A stretch of 64,000 nucleotides of DNA from Ruminococcaceae bacterium UBA3818 (GCA_002369315.1 DFDW01000036.1:12928-76927), one strand, 5' to 3'. Positions 8,646 through 18,242 are shown, numbered from the stretch's first letter. Made by a program: numbers and translations. Notes: generated from the letters alone by a model not told the origin.

Positions 8646-9272
8646 ATGTTTTACTACAGCACAATCAGCCGAAAGAAGATCATTCATCATATGAGTTGTC
8701 CGGCAGCGGACCGCATCCGTGACGAAAACATCGAATGCTTTGAAACCCTGCAGGAAGCGTACGGGGAAGGGTACCGGCTTTGCCGTCACTGCAGCCTGCT
8801 TGCCCGTCAATACCGAAAAGGCGAATCGGATTCCTGTACATATTCACAGGAAAAAGGCATTGCGTTCTTTTATACGGACCGGGCTCTTGTTGTGACGACA
8901 TCTTTCAGCAAGTGGAAAATCGTACCCTCGGAAGACGGCCTGCGGCTTCAGCTTTACCATCAGAACACCCACCGGTCAGCTCATGACTGGGAAAGCCTTA
9001 TTCCGGGCTATCATCTGCAAAATGCAAAAAGAGATACCATTCAGGGATATCTGGAGTATATTGCTGAGCATGACGATTACCGGCTCAGAAATCCTGTGCA
9101 GACAAATCCGAAAACAAAGAAAAAGGATAGTACTCCTCCGAAAAAAGGAACCCGGCGCTACAAAAAACAGCAGCGCCGGGAAGAAATCCGGACAAAGAAA
9201 TACTCGATCCGCCGCACCCTTGATCTGATCGATGGCCTGCATTGCCAGAAAACAGGGTTACGGCCCGCGTAA
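8646..9272 (+). CDS. Hypothetical protein with an N-terminal Ada-like zinc-binding motif and a basic C-terminal tail
   Basis: HHMSCPAADRIRDENIECFETLQEAYGEGYRLCRHC fits the pattern H-x-x-C...N...F...EA...GY..C..C. The C-terminus is K/R-rich. ATG at 8646 lies behind GAGG. Confidence 0.6.
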   Translation: MFYYSTISRKKIIHHMSCPAADRIRDENIECFETLQEAYGEGYRLCRHCSLLARQYRKGESDSCTYSQEKGIAFFYTDRALVVTTSFSKWKIVPSEDGLRLQLYHQNTHRSAHDWESLIPGYHLQNAKRDTIQGYLEYIAEHDDYRLRNPVQTNPKTKKKDSTPPKKGTRRYKKQQRREEIRTKKYSIRRTLDLIDGLHCQKTGLRPA

Positions 9273-9457
9273 CGTTCAGACAGCTTTACTGGGCATCTGT
9301 TGCCGTGCCATGAGCGGTCAAATAGCAGAAAAGGGGATCATCCGTCCCATTTTGTTTGATATTTGTTTTTCGCGAAAACACAATGACATCGTCTTGGCAG
9401 CCGACGGTCAGCGGCTCCCTCGCATGGGGAGACCTTTTCCCTTTGCGCAGCGGTTTC

Positions 9458-10255
9458 TCAGAACGATCCGCTGCGCCCGATGCCGCCTGCTCCCCTCTCG
9501 CTGTGGGAACCGCCGGAACTGCCGGGATTTTTTTCAATTTTGCGGCGGGTTTTCGTCGTGTGCGTATATTGGTCTATCTGTTGGGTCAGATGCAGCCCGC
9601 CGTCAGCGACATATTCGCTGGCTCCCGCCTTCTGGTGGACCGTTTTCATCATGCTTTTGAGTATGAGGCAAATGACCAGCGCGATCCCGCAGGATACCGC
9701 GACTGCGATTGCGATGAGTCCCAGGGGATTGTCCCGTACCGGCTCGCCCTCTTCGGCGCAGGTCAAAAATTGATCACACGCCTTCAGATACCCGGAAAAA
9801 CCGTCAAGCCAGTTATCGTTTCCCAAGTCGCTAAGGAAAACTTCTTCCAGCTGCTCCAGGCCATCGTCATTGAATGCATATTCCGCTTTTTCCCCATAGA
9901 CAAACAGTGCGTACTTACGGTTGTTCATGCTGAGCAGCAGCATAATGCCATCCCGTCCGCTGCCCATGCCGAAGCCGGCGCCCGACCGATGATAAATCTG
10001 GGTGGTCACGTCATAGACGCTCCCATCACCGTAATTTCTGTAATCATCCACCGTGACGATATAGATGCCGCATCCGTGTTGTTCCGAGATATTGGCCGCC
10101 CGGTTCTCCAAAGATGCCCACTGGTCGAAACTGAGAAGACCGTAGGTATCCACCACATAACGCATTTCCACGCTGCCTTCGGCCGCGAAAGCACAAATGC
10201 ACAAAGAAAGCGCCAAAATCAGGATGAGGGAAAGAGCAATCAGATTTTTTTTCAT
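9458..10255 (-). CDS. TPM-domain protein (YgcG-like), secreted domain plus C-terminal TM segment
   Basis: Signal peptide MKKNLIALSLILILALSLCICAFA. TPM-like core VVDTYGLLS...ISEQHGCGIYIVTVDDY...GIMLLLSMNNRKYALFVYG. TM helix and Gly-rich tail. Confidence 0.75.
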   Translation of the reverse strand: MKKNLIALSLILILALSLCICAFAAEGSVEMRYVVDTYGLLSFDQWASLENRAANISEQHGCGIYIVTVDDYRNYGDGSVYDVTTQIYHRSGAGFGMGSGRDGIMLLLSMNNRKYALFVYGEKAEYAFNDDGLEQLEEVFLSDLGNDNWLDGFSGYLKACDQFLTCAEEGEPVRDNPLGLIAIAVAVSCGIALVICLILKSMMKTVHQKAGASEYVADGGLHLTQQIDQYTHTTKTRRKIEKNPGSSGGSHSERGAGGIGRSGSF

Positions 10256-10267
10256 GTTCGCCCCTCC

Positions 10268-11389
10268 TTACCCCAAAAATGTCAGCGCCAGTACCGTGCT
10301 CAGCACCGAGAGAGGCGCCGCGATCGCAGCAAAAGTCGCCCAGAATTTACCCCAGCTCATGGGAAGGTCGCCTACCAATTTGCCGGTCTGGCCGTTCATA
10401 GCAAAAAGAAAATCCTTGCCCTGCCATTTTGTATTGAGCATCCAGACAGGCATCAGAGCGTAGTGGACTTTTCCACGATTCAATTCTGTCCGCTCCCCCA
10501 GCGTCAGGCAGCTCTCATAGCCGATGACCGTATTGCGCAAAGCAAAGCGCAGGGTGCTCTCACAGCGGGTATCTGCCCGTCCCCGGCTCTGCTCAGCGGT
10601 CACATCAAATTTATCCGCCAGAAAACCGGGCAGATACGCCGTGGAAAAGGGCTTCAGTTCGCTGTAGTCATATGGCTCGATAGAGTCCATGTGGTCGTCC
10701 GGCATTTTGCTGGAGGCGTCGACAGGAACCTTTTCAAAAGAGAGCCATCCAGCCCGCAGGACGGAAAAGTGATCTGTTTCGGTGACCTCATAATCCCCGG
10801 TGCGATAGATACGGGATCGGGTGGTTTCATACCTCGCTTCTCCCTGCGCCTGCCCATCAAACAGCCAGAAGGGGACATAGACGCCTTGGATCTGCTGTAC
10901 ATGATTCTCGCTGACAAAGTACTTGGGCAGGAAAAACTTTCCCTTGTAATGCCGTTTCAGCGCCGCGACCGCGTCCTCTTTACTGAGCTTGAAAGGAATC
11001 ACGAAATCCGGCTTTAAAGCGCCGGAAAGCTGCCCCGGCACAATAGTGGGATTGCCGCAGTAGGGGCAGGAGGTGGCGGCGGTGGAGACGTCGCAGATCA
11101 GTTGCGCGCCGCAGGAAGGGCAGGTGTAAGACTTCATCTTCTCCGCGTCCGCGCCCCAATCGCTGTTCAGACCGGAAAAGTCCCAGTCTGATCCGGCCTG
11201 CTCCTCTTTCGCTTCTGCCTCCCGCTGCGCCTGGACAGCCTGTTCTTCTTTTGAGGCGTACAGCGCCTCAATTTCCGCGACATCATAGGATGAGCCGCAG
11301 TAATCGCACTCCAGCTTTCCGGTGCTGCCCACAAAATGCAGCGGTCCCGTACAGGAAGGGCATTGATAATTTGTCACTTGTGAAGGCAT
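10268..11389 (-). CDS. Double zinc-ribbon protein with C-terminal TM helix (YdjG-like)
   Basis: YQCPSCTGPLHF...LECDYCGS and YTCPSCGAQL...SCPYCGNP ribbons. Start set to MPSQVTNYQC behind GGAGG. 12-nt gap to the TPM gene. Confidence 0.7.
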   Translation of the reverse strand: MPSQVTNYQCPSCTGPLHFVGSTGKLECDYCGSSYDVAEIEALYASKEEQAVQAQREAEAKEEQAGSDWDFSGLNSDWGADAEKMKSYTCPSCGAQLICDVSTAATSCPYCGNPTIVPGQLSGALKPDFVIPFKLSKEDAVAALKRHYKGKFFLPKYFVSENHVQQIQGVYVPFWLFDGQAQGEARYETTRSRIYRTGDYEVTETDHFSVLRAGWLSFEKVPVDASSKMPDDHMDSIEPYDYSELKPFSTAYLPGFLADKFDVTAEQSRGRADTRCESTLRFALRNTVIGYESCLTLGERTELNRGKVHYALMPVWMLNTKWQGKDFLFAMNGQTGKLVGDLPMSWGKFWATFAAIAAPLSVLSTVLALTFLG

Positions 11390-11641
11390 TTTCCAAATCC
11401 TCCGTTCCATTGACCTGATCCCGGCCGCCGCGGCAGTCCGGGATAGCAGTCCGCGGTTCTTGCACAAAGCAATCGTCCGGGGGAAACCCATCTGCTAAGA
11501 GGCGGCGCCGTCAGCGCCGCCCATACAGGAAATACATTTGTCACGTTTTGCCTGATACCCATTGCTCCAACAATCCCGCTTTTGAAAAAACAGCTGCGGC
11601 TGCGGAAGAGAAAGGGCCGACCGTCATCTTCATTCGCCGCA

Positions 11642-12970
11642 TTATCTCCGAATATCGCCGCTGTCAAAGGGGTCCCCGCATTCCGGGCAAAACTTGGGAG
11701 GATGGGCCGGATCGGCAGGCTCCCAGCCGCATTTGTCACACTTGTACTGGGGTACCCCAGCGGGTTTGGGCTTGCCGCACTCGGTGCAGAACTTGCCTTT
11801 GTTCACCTTGCCGCAGGAACAGGTCCAGCCGCTGATGCCGGCGGGTTTGGGCTTGCCGCATTCCGGGCAGAAATTCCCGGAAGCCGCGGCGCCGCAGGAA
11901 CATTTCCAGCCGCTTGCGCCGTTACCGCCGGCAAGCTGCTGAGAAGGAGCCTGCTGCTGGCCCATGGCGTACATATTCTGCGCGGCGCCGAATCCGCCGC
12001 CTGTCATGCCGCCTGCCATACCCATGCCCATAAAGCCGGTCATGGCTCCGGCGGTATTACCCGCTGCGGTTTGCATGGCGGATGCGGTGGCATCGGTCAT
12101 GCGGCCGGCCATCATATTGGCGCTGGAGCCAAAGGTGGCGGCGTCTTCAATCTCCTGAATCTTCTTCATGTCTTCTTCGCTCAGGGTGATGGGGTTCAGA
12201 GAGATGGACGCAATGGAAATACCTCTGGCCCCCCATTTATCCTGCAGCTCGGCGTTCATGGCCGTTTTGAGCTCTTTCGCTTTTGCTGGAATCTGAGCGG
12301 GGCGGAGCTCCTGCTCGGCCAGGGCGCCTACGGCGGGCTGCAGCGCATCCATAAAGTCCGCTTTCAGCTGTCCGTCGATGAGATCCCGGGTACACTCTTC
12401 TTCCACGTTCCCGCAAAGGCGGGTATAGAACAGAAGCGGGTCGGAAATAATATAGGAGTATACACCGTTAAAGCGCAGATTCACCGTTCTGTGCATATTG
12501 ATCGCCTTATTGACCACCTCAAAGAGAATGGGGGTAGGGGTTCCAAACTTATTGTTCAGGATTTCCTTGATGTTAATATAGTATATTCTCTGGTCCTTGG
12601 GCGGTTCGCCGCCGAAGGTAAACCGTTTGCCGATATTGGCGAACACATCCTGAATACTCTTGCCCAGGTCGCCGTAGAAGACGGACGGCTCAGTGGACAT
12701 ATCGTATACATACTCGCCGGGCTCGGCACACAAATCCACGATCTTGCCCTGGTCCACAATCAGCATACATTGACCGTCCGCAACGGCGATCACAGAGCCG
12801 TTGGTAATGATATTTTCTTTGCCCTTGGTATTGCTGCTGCGCCCAGAGACCCGTTTGTGCCCTTTGCGCATCAGCACATCGGCGGGGAGCGCGTCACAAT
12901 AGAAAAATTCTTTCCACTGGTCGGCCAGCACGCCGCCGGCAGAACCTAATGCCGCTTTGATAAGTCCCAT
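11642..12970 (-). CDS. SPFH/Band-7 domain protein (YdjI / virion-core-protein-like) with three C-terminal zinc ribbons
   Basis: MGLIKAALGSAGGVLADQWKEFFYCDALPADVLMRKG...NGSVIAVADGQCMLIVDQGKIVD. G/M-rich linker, then three CxC-x(7-8)-CxxC units (e.g. CSCG...FCPECGKPKP, with a CDKCGW...FCPECG variant). Start set to 12970. Confidence 0.8.
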   Translation of the reverse strand: MGLIKAALGSAGGVLADQWKEFFYCDALPADVLMRKGHKRVSGRSSNTKGKENIITNGSVIAVADGQCMLIVDQGKIVDLCAEPGEYVYDMSTEPSVFYGDLGKSIQDVFANIGKRFTFGGEPPKDQRIYYINIKEILNNKFGTPTPILFEVVNKAINMHRTVNLRFNGVYSYIISDPLLFYTRLCGNVEEECTRDLIDGQLKADFMDALQPAVGALAEQELRPAQIPAKAKELKTAMNAELQDKWGARGISIASISLNPITLSEEDMKKIQEIEDAATFGSSANMMAGRMTDATASAMQTAAGNTAGAMTGFMGMGMAGGMTGGGFGAAQNMYAMGQQQAPSQQLAGGNGASGWKCSCGAAASGNFCPECGKPKPAGISGWTCSCGKVNKGKFCTECGKPKPAGVPQYKCDKCGWEPADPAHPPKFCPECGDPFDSGDIRR

Positions 12971-13375
12971 AATCCTTCCTCTTTTCCATGATATTTTTAT
13001 TTGGCTTTGGCTTTCCGCTTTTATGGCGGCCGGAAATGCTTTGTCAACGCTTTGGAAGAAAGGAGCGCCGCTCAAACCTACTTTTTGTAGGTTTGAGCTG
13101 TTTGGCCTACCGATCTTCCGGCATCCGCGGTATGCAGCGGATGGGTTTTCACCGTATCTACATCATACAATATTCCGGCTCCGCAAACAAGCAAATCCCG
13201 CATAAAAACAGTTCGTTTTTTAAAGAAAGCAAGGGCTTTTTCAGAAAAAATCTTGTGTTTTCCCAGAGAAAATACGGAAGATTTCCTATCAAGGGCCTTT
13301 GTTCCGAAAAAGCGCCGCAAAAGCGGCGGGAGAGTCATCCCGCAGGCTTTCGCGGCGCTTTTTGTTTTTTAAAAA

Positions 13376-14585
13376 TCAGTAAAACCATTTGTTTAGTGTT
13401 TTCGCCAATTCATTCCAGTCGAGCGGCTTGGCAATATGTCCGTTCATTCCTACTGTCTTGGCCGCCTGCACATCTTCCGCAAAAGCGTTTGCCGTCATTG
13501 CGACAATGGGGACCTTCTTGCAGTAGTTCCGATTTGCTGACCGAATCGCTCTCGTAGCGTCGTAGCCGTTCATCTTTGGCATCTGGATGTCCATGAAGAT
13601 AATATCATAGTACCCATCCGCGCAGCGAAGCATTTTATCAACCGCCTCGGTACCGTCTACGGCGCGCTCCACCTCAAGGCCGGTCATCTTCAGAATTTCC
13701 GCAGCGGTCTCCGCGTTGAGCTCGTTGTCCTCCACAAGCAGCGCACGGTGCCCAGTCAGGCACATTTTTTCCAGGCTCAGCAGGAGCGCTTCCTGTGGTT
13801 TAAACTCTTCCCCGGCGACAAGGGAGTGAAAGGTTTTCGCGAGCCTGGAGCGGAACAGCGGCTTACTGATAAACGCATTCGCGCCGGCGGCCCTGGCTTC
13901 CTGCTCAATATCCGACCAGTCATAAGCGGAGATGATAATAATGGGAACGTCTTCGCCAACTTCTCTGCGAATAGCCTTTGTGGTAGCGAAGTATAGATTT
14001 CACTCATGGCCTGAATAATCTTCATATAACCCAAAAACGCTTTTTCGGTTGTGACAAGTTCCTGCTCCATTGTGCGTTTTTTCGGAATCTCACTGCGGCA
14101 AACAGAGGCCACGACAGACAGAGATAAGCGGTCCGCGGTGTTTTTGCGGGGATGGTAAATACCTAAGAAACCGATCATAGCACCGTTGCCTGTAATAGCG
14201 GATGCCATCAGGCTGCCGGTGCTTCCGGATACAAGCTGCCGGCAGACCGGTTGAGCCGTGTGATTTGCTGTATCCGGCGAAGAGATGAAAATTTCCCCTT
14301 CTTTCTCCAAAGCGTCAAAGAAGAGCCCCAATTCTCCGCTGGCGACGTGTTTGGGAATACCGAACGAATCGGATGCTTTTTACGGACCCATTCATATGTT
14401 CGGGTGATCTTGGTATGTGCTTCGTTCCATTCAAAAATGCAGGCGCAATCCGCGTCGTAATAGCGGCCGACATCAGCAAGAATATGGCAGACCGTCTTTC
14501 GATCTTTTGGATTGTCCAGATAATTGCGAAGAAATTGTTTGATAAATTGTTCCTGCCCGGATCTATTTTGTTTCAGCCCGCTCAT
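13376..14585 (-). pseudogene. Decayed hybrid sensor histidine kinase: N-terminal sensor region, kinase core deleted, partial receiver 1, intact receiver 2
   Basis: Three frames are needed. (1) Sensor N-terminus (ORF 14208..14585). (2) Continuation ...GELGLFFDALEKEGEIFISS...IIQAMSEIY (ORF 13777..14331). (3) From ~13990, ATTKAIRREVGEDVPIIIISAYDWSDIEQEARAAGANAFISKPLF, then a full REC (LLVEDNELN...FMDIQMPKMNGY...IVAMTANAF...HIAKP). No HisKA or HATPase motifs are present anywhere. Confidence 0.7.
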
Positions 14586-14786
14586 ACGCCACCTCGGATA
14601 CGTTGATTTGGGAAAAGCGGGAAAAAATACAGACCATTCGTTCCTTTATACAATATTTTTTATCGTATACCATATTTTCTTTTCCTCCGCAATTAGCAAA
14701 CTGGCGCTGAAAGAGCTTCTCAAAAACTTGTGGATTCAGGATTTCTTTTGTAAATTCCCAATGGCAGACAGCGTTTTAGGGGCATG

Positions 14787-14836
14787 CGGTACGAAGAAAA
14801 ATACGGTACGGTACCGAAATAAAACCTTGCGGTACC
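14787..14836. promoter_or_regulatory. Four CGGTAC(C) motifs: candidate operator upstream of the MATE gene
   Basis: CGGTAC at 14787, CGGTACGGTACC at 14804-14815, and CGGTACC at 14830-14836. The last overlaps the -35 hexamer. Confidence 0.4.
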
Positions 14837-14855
14837 TAACTATTTGTGGTAAAAT
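14827..14855 (+). promoter_or_regulatory. Candidate sigma-A promoter for the MATE transporter
   Basis: TTGCGG, 17 bp spacer, TAAAAT (with TG two bases upstream), ~30 nt before the RBS. Confidence 0.45.
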
Positions 14856-14886
14856 ATGCATGATATTATCAGAAAGAGGGTCATAT

Positions 14887-16293
14887 ATGAAAGCAGGAGT
14901 TTTAAAAATCTCACCTGACTCAATGCTTCGCGATTCGCCGCTGAAGAGCATTATCCTGTTCGGGCTCCCAATTATTTTCGGAAGTATGTTCCAGCAGCTT
15001 TACAGTATGGTGGACAGCATCGTAGTAGGGAATTTTGAAGGAGCAGGAGCGCTTGCGGCTGTTGGTTCATCGGCCACGGTGTGCAATTTTCTGGTGATGG
15101 TGTGCGCGGGTTTTGCGAATGGGGCCAGCATTGTGGTGTCGCAGCTTTTCGGCGCCGACGAACACGACAAGATTAAAGCAACCATCTCCACTACACTTAT
15201 TTTCTCGGTAATTTTTTCGGTGATAATGGCACTGGTTTTTGCGCCGCTTGCACCGGGGGTAGCGCGCCTGGTCAATGTGCCGGAGGATATTATGGACGCA
15301 TCTGTCACCTACATGCGCATTTACTGTGTGGGGCTGATTTTTTTGATGCTGTATAATTTTTTCACAGCTGTCCTGCGTTCTCTGGGCGACTCGGTGACAC
15401 CGCTGATTTTCCTTGTAATCTCCAGCCTGCTTAACATCGTGGGGGATTTGTTTTTCGTTGTCGGGCTCGGTCTGGGCGTTGCGGGCGTGGCCTGGGCAAC
15501 CGTCATCGCGCAGGGGGTATCTGTGCTGCTATGCATCATCCATATCAGGGGAAAAAACCGGTATTTTCACTTTGAAAAAGGAGAATTTGTGTTTTCAAAA
15601 CAGCTCTTTCGGTATGTTATGCGCATGGGGATTCCCTCCGCGGTTCAAAACGGCGTGACCAATATGGGCTTTATTTTTGTGCAGGGGCTCGTCAACAGCT
15701 TTAGTACGATGAATATAGCGGCATACACCGCCGCGATGAAGCTTGAGAGTCTCGCGATGGTGCCTTTCGGCGGCATTTCACAGGCTTTTGCGGTTTTCGC
15801 CGGGCAGAATATCGGGGCCGGAGAGGTCGAACGGACCAAAGACGGGCTGCGCAAGAGCTTGATATTCGTGCTTATTCTGGCGCTGAGCTGCTCCGCGATT
15901 ATTTTTATCGTAGGTCCCTGGCTTATTGAGATATTTGTGGGAAAATCTGAAACCGAAGTGATTTTGCGGGGCACCGCGTATTTGAGAACATTTTGTCCGC
16001 TTCTGACGGTTCACGCCATCATGTCCTTGTTTGGTTCGTTCCTGCGGGGCGCCGGAGACAGCATTATGACCATGTTCATTTTCCTGACGGACCTGGGCAT
16101 GCGGGTGCTTGCAGCATATGCCATCAGTCTGTGGATGGGCGTTGGATTTATGGGTTGTGCCTATGCGGTTCCCATTGGATGGTTCTGCGCAGCGGTTTTG
16201 GCAGTAGGAAGATACTGCAGCGGGAAATGGAAAGACAAGGCGGTTGTTTCAAAGTCAAAGCCGGCTGTTGAGGAAAGCGCCGCAGAAGTCTGA
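14887..16293 (+). CDS. MATE-family efflux transporter
   Basis: LFGLPIIFGSMFQQLYSMVDSIVVGNF... and twelve hydrophobic segments. Start at MKAGVLK behind AGAGGG. Confidence 0.85.
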   Translation: MKAGVLKISPDSMLRDSPLKSIILFGLPIIFGSMFQQLYSMVDSIVVGNFEGAGALAAVGSSATVCNFLVMVCAGFANGASIVVSQLFGADEHDKIKATISTTLIFSVIFSVIMALVFAPLAPGVARLVNVPEDIMDASVTYMRIYCVGLIFLMLYNFFTAVLRSLGDSVTPLIFLVISSLLNIVGDLFFVVGLGLGVAGVAWATVIAQGVSVLLCIIHIRGKNRYFHFEKGEFVFSKQLFRYVMRMGIPSAVQNGVTNMGFIFVQGLVNSFSTMNIAAYTAAMKLESLAMVPFGGISQAFAVFAGQNIGAGEVERTKDGLRKSLIFVLILALSCSAIIFIVGPWLIEIFVGKSETEVILRGTAYLRTFCPLLTVHAIMSLFGSFLRGAGDSIMTMFIFLTDLGMRVLAAYAISLWMGVGFMGCAYAVPIGWFCAAVLAVGRYCSGKWKDKAVVSKSKPAVEESAAEV

Positions 16294-16351
16294 TTTTACC
16301 GGGAAGCTGCCCGACGATGGCTCCACAGCCAAAGAAAATTTGATTCTTACG

Positions 16352-16395
16352 AAAAAAGCCGATGTTTCTGATTTGAGCAGAAACATCGGCTTTTT
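16352..16395. terminator. Bidirectional terminator between convergent genes
   Basis: AAAAAGCCGATGTTTCTG...CAGAAACATCGGCTTTTT. Confidence 0.8.
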
Positions 16396-16410
16396 ATCTG
16401 AGGAGCCTGC

Positions 16411-17577
16411 TTATCGGGCGGCGACCGCCTTTTTGATCCGATCCAGGGCGGTCTGCAGATTTTGGCGGGTCAAAGCAAAATTCATACGGATAAATTGGCC
16501 GTAGGCATTGCCGAATTCCGCTCCGTCGTTGACACTGACGCCTGCCTTTTCCAGCAGAAATTCCGCCGGATTTTCCAGGCCCAGTTCACTGCAGTCGATC
16601 CACAGAAGAAAGCTTCCCTCCGGAACAGTGGCCCTCATGCCGGGGACCTCATTTTGCAGAAAGGAAACCGCCAGATCCCGGTTTTCTTTTAGATAATCGG
16701 TCAGGTCGGACAGCCATTGATCCGCCGAGCCGTCCATTACCTTTACGGCCGCCGCCATACTGAAAGGATTGGTGGCATAGCCGAAAGAATAGGGGATTAC
16801 TTCGTCATTCCAGGCGGCGCGAAGCACCGGGTCAGCAACCGCCACAATGGCGTGCGGCAGGCTCATGAGATTAAAACCTTTGCTCATGCTCATGACCTGG
16901 ACGGACAAACGCCGCGCGGCAGGGGAGACTGCGAGGACGGGAATGTGTTTTTTGCCGGGATAGATAATCAGCCCGTGCACCTCGTCGGAAATGATTTTGA
17001 CATCATATTGTTCACATAACGCGACCAGCCGATCCAGTTCTTTTTGGGAAAAGACCCGCCCGGTTGGGTTGTGCGGATTTACCAAAAGGAAAACACTGGG
17101 CTTTTCGTCCCGCAGTTTTTGCTCAAAATCCGCAAAATCCAAAGCATACACACCATCTTGGCGGATCATAGGATTTTCCACCAACCGGCATCCGGCGCTT
17201 TCGACCGCGCGGGGAAGGGGGCCGAAAAAGGGGCTTTGCATGATGACGGCGTCCCCCGGCCTGGTCAGGGCCGACAGGGCGATTCGAATCGCGCCGATGG
17301 TGCTGGGCACGTTGGACAGCCACTCTTTCTCTGCCAGCAGGCCGTATTTCCGCCGGTACCAGTCTGTCACAATCTGAAAGTAGGAATCCGGTTTTTTGCG
17401 GTAATTATAAGCATTTTCCTGCGCGATGGCAAGGCAGGCTTCTTTGACGCATTCCGGGCAGCAATAATCCAGGTCAGCAGTGCCCATGCCGATAACGTCA
17501 TCCCTGCCTGCCGGCTGCTCCCAGCGGTAGGAGCCGTTTTTCCGGTGGTCCGGGGCGTTATCAAAGAATGGATTCAT
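16411..17577 (-). CDS. MalY/PatB-family PLP-dependent C-S lyase (cystathionine beta-lyase type aminotransferase)
   Basis: MNPFFDNAPDHRKNGSYRWEQP...GTADLDY...LVNPHNPTGRVF...SMSKGFN (PLP lysine). Confidence 0.8.
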   Translation of the reverse strand: MNPFFDNAPDHRKNGSYRWEQPAGRDDVIGMGTADLDYCCPECVKEACLAIAQENAYNYRKKPDSYFQIVTDWYRRKYGLLAEKEWLSNVPSTIGAIRIALSALTRPGDAVIMQSPFFGPLPRAVESAGCRLVENPMIRQDGVYALDFADFEQKLRDEKPSVFLLVNPHNPTGRVFSQKELDRLVALCEQYDVKIISDEVHGLIIYPGKKHIPVLAVSPAARRLSVQVMSMSKGFNLMSLPHAIVAVADPVLRAAWNDEVIPYSFGYATNPFSMAAAVKVMDGSADQWLSDLTDYLKENRDLAVSFLQNEVPGMRATVPEGSFLLWIDCSELGLENPAEFLLEKAGVSVNDGAEFGNAYGQFIRMNFALTRQNLQTALDRIKKAVAAR

Positions 17578-17692
17578 CTTGTTTCCTTTCCGGCGCTCTG
17601 CCGTGAAATGTTTTGGGAAGCGCCTTTCTTTTTTCGCTGTCCAACGTACCATAAAATCCCTGCCGGCGCAAGAAAAGCAAAGGCGGTCCAGG

Positions 17693-17721
17693 TTGTCAAG
17701 ACGCGGATTTTTCGTTATAAT
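17693..17721 (+). promoter_or_regulatory. Candidate sigma-A promoter for luxS
   Basis: TTGTCA, 17 bp spacer, TATAAT, ~30 nt upstream of the luxS start. Confidence 0.55.
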
Positions 17722-17753
17722 AAAGACATTATTCTGAAAAAGGAAGTGCCTGT

Positions 17754-18233
17754 GTGGAAAAGATTGCGAGCTTTACCATCAACCATCTGGACCTGCTGCC
17801 GGGGATCTATGTGTCCCGCAAGGACAAAGCGGGGGAAGCGGTGTTGACCACCTTTGACCTGCGGATGACCAAACCCAACCGGGAACCGGTGATGAACACG
17901 GCGGAACTGCACACCATCGAGCATTTGGGCGCGACTTATCTGCGCAATCATCCGGATTGGGCGGACCGTATCATTTATTTTGGCCCCATGGGCTGCAGGA
18001 CGGGCAATTATCTGATTTTGAACGGAGACTACACCTCCCGGGATGTTTTGCCGCTGGTCACCGGCATGTTTGAGTTTATCCGCGATTTTGAAGGGGAAAT
18101 CCCCGGCGCCGCGGCGAAAGACTGTGGAAACTATCTGGACCAGAATCTCGGTATGGCAAAATGGCAGGCCCAAAAATATCTGGATACCTGCCTGTACTGT
18201 ATTCGGGAAGAAAATCTTGTTTATCCCAAGTAA
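17754..18233 (+). CDS. luxS: S-ribosylhomocysteine lyase
   Basis: FDLRMTKPN...HTIEHLGATYLRN...GCRTGNYLIL (HxxEH metal site plus conserved Cys). GTG start. Confidence 0.9.
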   Translation: MEKIASFTINHLDLLPGIYVSRKDKAGEAVLTTFDLRMTKPNREPVMNTAELHTIEHLGATYLRNHPDWADRIIYFGPMGCRTGNYLILNGDYTSRDVLPLVTGMFEFIRDFEGEIPGAAAKDCGNYLDQNLGMAKWQAQKYLDTCLYCIREENLVYPK

Positions 18234-18242
18234 ATCGGCATG

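Noticed and set aside
9356-12949. Plus-strand ORFs of 553 aa (9356..11017) and 455 aa (11582..12949)
   Set aside because: They are antisense to the TPM, zinc-ribbon and SPFH genes, which have clear domain signatures and RBSs. Their translations are low-complexity.
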